This document shows, one piece after another, positions 57,415 to 64,000 of a stretch of DNA of 64,000 nt. Under the pieces are notes generated by a model, which was not told the origin of the DNA, did not search any database, and saw nothing but the letters and a program-made list of their open reading frames with translations. The stretch's first letter is position 1. Each line of letters begins with the position of its first letter. The stretch covers positions 324,997 through 388,996 of the forward strand of contig JABFGG010000003.1 in NCBI GenBank assembly GCA_013112575.1. Reading direction: 5' to 3'. The DNA comes from Chloroflexota bacterium (GTDB lineage: Bacteria > Chloroflexota > Anaerolineae > Anaerolineales > UBA11579). The position numbers were made by a program, and so were the translations under genes.

Positions 57415-58485
57415 ATGCGAAGTTTAGTCAACTTAATTAAACGCTACGGGGAATATGTTTTTGTAGCCATCTTTGTAGTTCTCAGCACATATGCACTTGG
57501 TGCCTTCCTTACTGCAGGTGCCGCCAACGGCACCATTCTTCCGCTTCAAGCCAGTCGCGAAGCTGTGGAAATTGATGAGCTTTTTAACGTCCAGTTCTGG
57601 CTGATCGCTTTCTTCTTTTCCCTCATTGTTGTTTTTATGCTTTGGAGTGTGATCTTCCACCGCAGAAGAGGGGAAGATGATGATGCCCCAGGCGAAGATT
57701 TTGAGGGTAACAGTACCCTCGAAATTGTTTGGACGATTATTCCTTTAGGGATCGTTCTCGCCCTGGCAGTGTACGGTGGTAGTGTCCTTTCAAACATAGA
57801 ACGCCGCGCCACCGATGCCCTGGAAGTCAATGTCATTGGTCAGCGTTGGGCCTGGCGCTTTGAGTATCCAGAGTCTGGAGCAGTTTCTTCAGACCTTGTG
57901 CTACCTGTCGATCGCCAAGTGTTGCTGCGCATGCGCTCTGATGATGTCATCCATTCCTTCTGGGTTCCAGAGTTTCGGGTCAAGCAAGACTTATTGCCTG
58001 CCACTTTCGGCGACGAGGACAACACGCGCGAATTGCGTATTACCCCGACGATAAAAGGAGACTACAAGGTTCGTTGCGCTGAGTTATGTGGCGAACTGCA
58101 TTACGCTATGCTGGCCGATGTGATGGTGGTGGAACCAGAAGAATTTGAAACCTGGGCCGCAGCTCAGGCCGCCGAGTGTGACCTTGAAGCCGCCGATTGT
58201 GGTGCCCGCTGGGTAGAGCAATATGGTTGTACAGCCTGCCACTCTTTTGATGGTACGCAGGTCGTTGGCCCCACATGGCTGGGATTAGCTGGCTCTCAGG
58301 TACTTTTGGATGACGGTTCAAGTGTGTTGGCAGACGAAATTTATTTAGAAACCTCGATCATTAATCCTAATGATCAAATTCACGAAGGCTTCCAACCCAA
58401 TGTGATGCCGGTGAACTTTGAGGAACAGCTCACTGAAGAGCAGATCGCAGAAATCGTTGCATTCATCCAGACACTGGGTGAGTAG
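57415..58485 (+). CDS. coxB: Cytochrome c oxidase subunit II with fused cytochrome c (caa3-type)
   Basis: DVIHSFW, CAELCGELHYAM (CuA), CTACH. Confidence 0.95.
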   Translation: MRSLVNLIKRYGEYVFVAIFVVLSTYALGAFLTAGAANGTILPLQASREAVEIDELFNVQFWLIAFFFSLIVVFMLWSVIFHRRRGEDDDAPGEDFEGNSTLEIVWTIIPLGIVLALAVYGGSVLSNIERRATDALEVNVIGQRWAWRFEYPESGAVSSDLVLPVDRQVLLRMRSDDVIHSFWVPEFRVKQDLLPATFGDEDNTRELRITPTIKGDYKVRCAELCGELHYAMLADVMVVEPEEFETWAAAQAAECDLEAADCGARWVEQYGCTACHSFDGTQVVGPTWLGLAGSQVLLDDGSSVLADEIYLETSIINPNDQIHEGFQPNVMPVNFEEQLTEEQIAEIVAFIQTLGE

Positions 58486-58517
58486 CTTTTCTTGTTACAG
58501 GCATTTGGAGGAGTAGT

Positions 58518-60497
58518 ATGACATTTCTCTCAACGGGTTTTGTGCGCGGCTTGATTGCACAGGCTTTGGGAACCCTGGCCGGGTTTGCATTCGTGACCGG
58601 TATCCGTGCATTATCTGGATTAGAGCCATTTGATCCCGTCGAACCCGCTTTGGTAAGCGGTTTTGCTGTCGGCGCACTGGCCTTTTTGTTTGGTGTCGGT
58701 GTTTTCGATGATTGGCTCAAATGGACACGCGGTATTTCCACCTCCGATCATCAGGAACATGACCCCGAAAAACCCTGGTGGTACCGTTACCTTAGTGTGG
58801 ACTTCGACCATAAGGTCATTGGCTTGCAATATGGTGCCGCGGCTATGCTCACCATGGGCATTGGCGGTTCCCTGGCTTTGCTGTTCCGCACGGAACTAGC
58901 CACGGCCAATGTCGATTTCCTTGAGCATTTCATCTTCGGGCAGATTTTTGGGGAAGACCACACTGGCGCCAGTTTGTTCAACACCTTCATCAGCTTACAT
59001 GGCATGATCATGATCGTTACCATGCTGCTAGGTGTGGGCGCATTGTCCAATTACCTGGTGCCCTTGATGATCGGCGCCAACGACATGGCCTTCCCGCGTT
59101 TGAATGCTTTTGCCTTCTGGGTCAATATCCCCGGTGCTATCGTGCTGCTTGCCAGCATGTTTGCCGGTGGTTTTGACACTGGTTGGACGGGGTATCCGCC
59201 TAACAGTACCGGCTATTCGGCGATGGGGGTGTCGCTCTTTATGCTGGCTGTTTATATCGTGGGTTTCTCTTCAATCTTCGGTTCCCTTAATGTGATTGTC
59301 ACCATCTTCCGCATGCGTGTGCCGGGTATGAAGCTCTTCGAAATGCCCATCTTCGTGTGGGCTGCCATGGCCACTGCTTTCATCCAGTTGATCGCAACCC
59401 AGTTCATCGGTCTATCCTTCCTGATGGTCATCTTGCAGCGCCTGTTCGGCATGAATTTCTTCGATTCAACGGCAGGCGGCAGTCCGGTGCTCTTCCAGCA
59501 CTTGTTCTGGTTCTACTCCCACCCGGCCGTATACGTGTTTATTTTGCCGGGCCTGGGCCTGATTAGTGAATTATTGCCTGTGTTCGTGCGTAAGCCCCTC
59601 TTTGGCTACAAATGGGTAGCCTTGTCTTCCCTGGGTATCGCCCTGGTAGGTTATTTTGTGTGGGCCCACCACATGTTCACCGCTGGTATGGCATCTTATC
59701 TACGTGTGCCCTTTATGTACAGTACGCTTCTGGTAGCCATACCCACTGGAGTGAAGTTCTTTAGCTGGGTGGGTACTATGTGGCGCGGCAAGATGCGGTT
59801 TGATACACCCATGCTGTTTGTGCTGGGTTCTGTGGTTGTCTTTTTGCTGGGTGGTGTTACAGGCCCTCCCAACGCAACGGTTGCTAGCAATCTGCACTTG
59901 CATGATACCTACTGGGTAGTAGGCCACTTCCATAACACCATGTTCGGCGGCTTCATGTTCCCCTGGTTTGCCGCCATTTACTATTATTTCCCCAAATTCA
60001 CAGGGCGTCAGATGAACGAATTCTGGGGCAAATTGCACTTCTGGCTGATGGTTCCGGCCTTCCTTGTGATGTCAACATACCAGATGTTGACCGGTTTGCT
60101 GGGTATGCGCCGCCGCATTGCGGGTTATGATGCCGCTCTTGGTATTGAAGGCTATCAAGTGATTGTCACATGGGCGGGCTTCCTGATCTTCTTTGCCGTC
60201 ATCATTTTTGCGATCAATTTTGTGGTTTCTGCCAGGCGTGGCGAAGTTGCTGAAGGTAACATTTGGAAATCTCGCTCACCGATCTGGCAATTGCCGAACC
60301 CGATCCCTTTGCATAATTACGAGAGGCCCTTCCGTGTGGTGGGTGAACCTTACGATTACGGTGATCCCAATGGGCATCCTTACGTGGATCTGGATCCCAG
60401 TGACGATGCCCCCGATGAACCAACTACACCTTCAGACAGTGAGGAGCAACAAGCGCCCGGTGGTGCAGACCCTGCCCCGGCCCCGACAGGCGACTAG
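58518..60497 (+). CDS. coxA: Heme-copper oxidase subunit I, A2 type
   Basis: DHKVIG, HG..M, FWFYSHPAVY, WAHHM, HDTYWVVGHFH. Confidence 0.96.
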   Translation: MTFLSTGFVRGLIAQALGTLAGFAFVTGIRALSGLEPFDPVEPALVSGFAVGALAFLFGVGVFDDWLKWTRGISTSDHQEHDPEKPWWYRYLSVDFDHKVIGLQYGAAAMLTMGIGGSLALLFRTELATANVDFLEHFIFGQIFGEDHTGASLFNTFISLHGMIMIVTMLLGVGALSNYLVPLMIGANDMAFPRLNAFAFWVNIPGAIVLLASMFAGGFDTGWTGYPPNSTGYSAMGVSLFMLAVYIVGFSSIFGSLNVIVTIFRMRVPGMKLFEMPIFVWAAMATAFIQLIATQFIGLSFLMVILQRLFGMNFFDSTAGGSPVLFQHLFWFYSHPAVYVFILPGLGLISELLPVFVRKPLFGYKWVALSSLGIALVGYFVWAHHMFTAGMASYLRVPFMYSTLLVAIPTGVKFFSWVGTMWRGKMRFDTPMLFVLGSVVVFLLGGVTGPPNATVASNLHLHDTYWVVGHFHNTMFGGFMFPWFAAIYYYFPKFTGRQMNEFWGKLHFWLMVPAFLVMSTYQMLTGLLGMRRRIAGYDAALGIEGYQVIVTWAGFLIFFAVIIFAINFVVSARRGEVAEGNIWKSRSPIWQLPNPIPLHNYERPFRVVGEPYDYGDPNGHPYVDLDPSDDAPDEPTTPSDSEEQQAPGGADPAPAPTGD

Positions 60498-60523
60498 GCC
60501 TGTGCTTGTAAGGAGTATTAAGA

Positions 60524-60760
60524 ATGGCTGAAATGACACAAACTGACGAAAAGAGCGAAGAGTATAAAGCTGATCTCAGCGCTGGGAACTGGATCCTGGT
60601 GATGTTGGCTGTATTGACCGTGGGTGAGTTCTTAGTAGGTGTGATTGCTCCTCCCTGGGGCTTTATCCTACTGATCATCGCCTTCTGGAAATCGTATTAC
60701 GTGATCAAGGATTTTATGCATATCGGTCGCTTGTTTGGCAGCGATGAGGAGTCCCACTAA
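60524..60760 (+). CDS. Oxidase subunit IV
   Basis: LAVLTVGE, K..Y..FMH. Confidence 0.75.
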   Translation: MAEMTQTDEKSEEYKADLSAGNWILVMLAVLTVGEFLVGVIAPPWGFILLIIAFWKSYYVIKDFMHIGRLFGSDEESH

Positions 60761-61332
60761 TGGCACACACCACGGACGTACGCGACACTTATGCCCATAA
60801 GTTGGGTAACAATCGTTGGGGCTTGTGGTTATTCATTATCTCCGATGCGGCTGTTTTCATCGGTCTTTTCATCACCCGCTTTATTTTGCTGCCGGGCCAG
60901 CGGCCCGAACTCGATCAAACTATTGGTTTGATCGTAACGGTCATGTTGCTGGCCAGCAGTTTCTTCATGTACCGCGCCGAAGTGCACATGCGCCACGGCA
61001 ATTTGAAAGCTTTCCAAAGAAGTATCTTAACTACCCTGATTCTAGGCGTGATCTTCTTGCTGGGTGTGGTCGCCGTGGAGTGGCAGATCGCCCACTTTGG
61101 CCCCGCCGATGGGCAGGAAGGCGCCATCTTTTACGTGATGACCGGTTTCCATGCCTTCCACGTGCTTACCGGCGTGGTTTTGCTGTATTGGGTGTATAAC
61201 AACAGCAAGCGCGGCGTGTATACCAAAGAGCAACACTGGGGTGTAGAGGCTGCAGCCGTTTACTGGCACTTTATCGATGTGGTTTGGATTTTCTTTTATC
61301 CGGCACTGTATTTGATAGGCACTGTAGCCTGA
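60760..61332 (+). CDS. coxC: Oxidase subunit III
   Basis: GLWLFIISD, TGFHAFHV, YWHFIDVVW. Confidence 0.93.
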   Translation: MAHTTDVRDTYAHKLGNNRWGLWLFIISDAAVFIGLFITRFILLPGQRPELDQTIGLIVTVMLLASSFFMYRAEVHMRHGNLKAFQRSILTTLILGVIFLLGVVAVEWQIAHFGPADGQEGAIFYVMTGFHAFHVLTGVVLLYWVYNNSKRGVYTKEQHWGVEAAAVYWHFIDVVWIFFYPALYLIGTVA

Positions 61333-61391
61333 CGTTTATGTAGCAGTACCAAGTAGTGCCTGTGTAGTATTTTGAAGCAAACTTTGAGAGG

Positions 61392-61430
61392 AGGGTTTGC
61401 CGGAGGAGGTCTTCCGGCAAACCCTTTTTT
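61392..61430 (+). terminator. Intrinsic terminator
   Basis: agggtttgccgga..tccggcaaaccct followed by a T-run. Confidence 0.8.
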
Positions 61431-61450
61431 CTCGATAGGATATCTTTAGC

Positions 61451-62056
61451 ATGAAAGCTCGTACAGTCTTAGTTCTCACCGTGGTCGTAATCCTGGGAGT
61501 AGCAGGTGTGTACCTGGGAGTGCAGTGGGCTGATGCCAATTACGAATACCAGGGTTCACTGATCGAGCCTGCCATGCCGGCTTTCCCAATTGCTTTGGCC
61601 GAGTCTGATGGCGAACTCTTTAGCCTGCAGGCTCACCAGGGTAAAGTCGTCATGCTCTATTTTGGTTATACCAATTGCCCTGATCTCTGCCCCGCCACAC
61701 TTTCGGACTTTAAGAAGATCCATGATAGCTTAGGTGAGCGCGCCGACGAGATCGAGTTTGTGATGGTCACCATTGACCCTGAACGTGATACATTGGAAAA
61801 AACAGCTCAATACGTTTCTGCATTTGACTCATCCTTCATCGGCTTGTCTGCAAGTGAAACGGATTTGCAGGATATTTGGGATGGTTATTTTGTGTTTCGT
61901 GCCAAAAGCGGAGCTGATAGCGCGGCAGGTTATTTGATGGATCACACCACGCGAACTTATGTAATTGACAAACAGGGCAACCTGCGCCTCACCTATCCTT
62001 TTGGGATCGAGTACCAGGCTATGCTTCTGGACGTAGAGCATTTATTGGATGAATAA
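61451..62056 (+). CDS. SCO1/SenC copper chaperone
   Basis: FGYTNCPDLCP, DPERDT, MDHT. Confidence 0.93.
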   Translation: MKARTVLVLTVVVILGVAGVYLGVQWADANYEYQGSLIEPAMPAFPIALAESDGELFSLQAHQGKVVMLYFGYTNCPDLCPATLSDFKKIHDSLGERADEIEFVMVTIDPERDTLEKTAQYVSAFDSSFIGLSASETDLQDIWDGYFVFRAKSGADSAAGYLMDHTTRTYVIDKQGNLRLTYPFGIEYQAMLLDVEHLLDE

Positions 62057-62064
62057 GGTAGCAC

Positions 62065-62601
62065 ATGGATAAAACCCTTGTAGGTTTAGTCATCAATCGT
62101 TTTTTGTTGGTTTTGCTCGTTTCTCTCCTCCTTGTTGTGGCCATAAGTGAGCTTGGTTTTCGTTTGCAGGTTTTGAGTGGTGATACGGATCGTTTGCCGC
62201 AGGATGTTGTGTTGGTCATCCCAGAGGGGACTGCCGAACGCGTTGCTCAGGGGGAAGAAGTGCCTGCCATTCCGGAAGAAATGACCTTCGTTGTGGGTGA
62301 TGTGCTCGTCGTGCGCAACGAGGATTCTGTGGGCCACGAACTCGGGCCTGTCCTTGTAGCTCCGGGGGGCACTGCCAGCCTCCCTATGGAGCAGGCCGAA
62401 CACTTCGCATTGGCCTGTTCTTTCCAGCCCTCACGTTACCTCGGGCTTGAAGTGCGTGAGGCCAGTACCTTGTCCGTCCGTATCCTGGCTATCGTGTATG
62501 CGGTGCCGCCGACTCTGGTGATGTTTTTCATCTATAGTCTGGCGATTTGGCCCTTGCGCCGAGATGACCAGGCACCCCCCGCCAACCCTGCTCAGGCCTG
62601 A
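62065..62601 (+). CDS. Membrane protein with cupredoxin-like domain
   Basis: Two TMs flanking VGDVLVVRNEDSVGHELGP..ACSFQP. Confidence 0.55.
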   Translation: MDKTLVGLVINRFLLVLLVSLLLVVAISELGFRLQVLSGDTDRLPQDVVLVIPEGTAERVAQGEEVPAIPEEMTFVVGDVLVVRNEDSVGHELGPVLVAPGGTASLPMEQAEHFALACSFQPSRYLGLEVREASTLSVRILAIVYAVPPTLVMFFIYSLAIWPLRRDDQAPPANPAQA

Positions 62602-62604
62602 ACT

Positions 62605-63396
62605 ATGTTGCGACGTGCTTTGCAGCCACGTTGGATCATCGGTGGCCTGCTCGTAATAATAGCTGTACCGGGGATGGTGCGTCTTGGTTTCTGGCAACTG
62701 GATCGCCTGGATCAACGCCGTGTTTTTAACCAACGTGTTCTGGCACAAATTGATGCCCCTGAAATGACTCTGGACGCTGATGCACTGACTTCAGATCTGT
62801 ATAACATGGAATTCCGCCACGTGAGTGTGACCGGGCAGTATGATTTTTATGAACAGGTCGTTTTGCGCAACCAGGCCTGGAATAATCAGATTGGTTTTCA
62901 ACTTTTAGCACCGCTCAAAATTGAGGGCACGGATGAAGTTGTTTTAGTGGAGAGGGGGTGGATTCCTGCTGAAAATGATATGCCTGAGAGCTGGGCACAA
63001 TTCGACCAAACAGGGACCGTTACCATCCACGGTATGTTGCGTCGCCCGGAAGAGCTTATTGGAGTAACGAATTTTGAGGCACAGGATGATGCCAGTGGAC
63101 GACAGACGAGTTGGCTATCTGTTGATCTGGAGGCGCTAAGCTTCCAAACTGGATATGATTTGTTGCCGGTCTATGTGCAGGAGTTGCCTCAGGGAGAGGA
63201 TTTTTCCCCGCCTGTGCCTGTTGAGGCGGATATTGAGATCACTGAAGGGTCGCATTTAGGTTATGCTTTCCAGTGGTTTACTTTTGCAACTATAGCGGGA
63301 ATTGGCTTTCCCTTGTTCATGTACCGCGAGTTGCGCAAAGAAGAAGTTGAAGAGAATATGGCTGGAGAGAAGGACCAAACTGTTGGTGAGGAATGA
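62605..63396 (+). CDS. SURF1-family oxidase assembly protein
   Basis: LGFWQLDR, LVERGWIP, HLGYAFQWF. Confidence 0.93.
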   Translation: MLRRALQPRWIIGGLLVIIAVPGMVRLGFWQLDRLDQRRVFNQRVLAQIDAPEMTLDADALTSDLYNMEFRHVSVTGQYDFYEQVVLRNQAWNNQIGFQLLAPLKIEGTDEVVLVERGWIPAENDMPESWAQFDQTGTVTIHGMLRRPEELIGVTNFEAQDDASGRQTSWLSVDLEALSFQTGYDLLPVYVQELPQGEDFSPPVPVEADIEITEGSHLGYAFQWFTFATIAGIGFPLFMYRELRKEEVEENMAGEKDQTVGEE

Positions 63397-64000
63397 TGAC
63401 TGAACTTCCAAAAGATTACAAGCTGCTTGGCCGTCTGAGGTTCTGGCTGCTGGGTGCAGCTGTATTTGTGTATCTGGTGATCATTGCAGGCAGCATCGTG
63501 CGTGCCACCGGCTCTGGCTTGGCCTGCCCCGACTGGCCGACTTGCAACGGTAACTGGTTACCGCCTCTGCGTGCCGATGCTCTCATTGTTTACGCTCACC
63601 GTGTAGTGACCTTGCTGGTTGCACCTGTAGTTCTGGTGGTTGCATATATCGTTATCCGAAGTTTCCGCCATACAAAACTAATATTTCGACCTGTACTCCT
63701 GGCGCTCCCTTTACTGGCTTTGCAGGCTGTGCTGGGAGCCTTTGTTGTAAACCTGGATCTAGTAGGTTGGTTGGTAGCTTTGCACCTGGGTTTATCCCTT
63801 ATCATTCTCGGCCTGCTGGTCATTGCCACCATTATGGCCTTCGTGCGCTATTATGACCCAGCTCAGGCCGACCGCCTCAAATTCCAAAGTTCATTTTCGC
63901 GTCTCACGCTTATCTCCAGCGGCCTGATCTTTGTTGTGCTGGTCAGTGGCGCGTTCGTGTCTGGCAGCAACTCGGGCACAGCCTGTATCGGTTGGCCTTT
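63393..64000 (+). CDS. ctaA: Heme A synthase (CtaA/COX15), runs off the right edge
   Basis: Manual translation: GSIVRATGSGLACPDWPTC, HR, LQAVLG, ALHLG, second repeat GTACIGWP. Confidence 0.85.
   Translation, partial: MMTELPKDYKLLGRLRFWLLGAAVFVYLVIIAGSIVRATGSGLACPDWPTCNGNWLPPLRADALIVYAHRVVTLLVAPVVLVVAYIVIRSFRHTKLIFRPVLLALPLLALQAVLGAFVVNLDLVGWLVALHLGLSLIILGLLVIATIMAFVRYYDPAQADRLKFQSSFSRLTLISSGLIFVVLVSGAFVSGSNSGTACIGWP

Overview
Bacterial chromosomal window; gene content and style suggest Chloroflexota (Anaerolineae-like), which is an inference. Left to right: (1) an AT-richer signalling block with a GAF/HisKA_3 kinase, NarL-type regulator, MglA small GTPase, three Roadblock/MglB domains, a 4-Cys orphan and a protoglobin, with two of its transcription units behind a duplicated promoter; (2) a decayed ~2.1-kb integrative element at tRNA-Arg(TCG) bounded by a 22-bp att repeat; (3) a LacI-controlled beta-glycan locus (GH130, Opp-type ABC transporter, two GH94, GH1); (4) an extracytoplasmic redox region with two cryptic selenoprotein candidates that the ORF track splits at in-frame TGA codons (a UxxC thioredoxin-fold lipoprotein and a 12-heme cytochrome c lipoprotein, each followed by a SECIS-like hairpin with a GUU loop), a four-domain rhodanese lipoprotein, LysR, an octaheme/NrfC/NrfD quinol-oxidising module lacking a Mo catalytic subunit, a decaheme lipoprotein and a full ccm operon with Cys-type CcmE; (5) housekeeping genes (PPK2, proline dehydrogenase, MenA-like, two MoeA); (6) an A2-type caa3 oxidase operon. 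Best candidate for a new system: the seleno-dodecaheme/tetra-rhodanese/octaheme-NrfCD module. Second: the protoglobin-MglA/Roadblock module. All calls come from reading motifs by eye; no searches were run.
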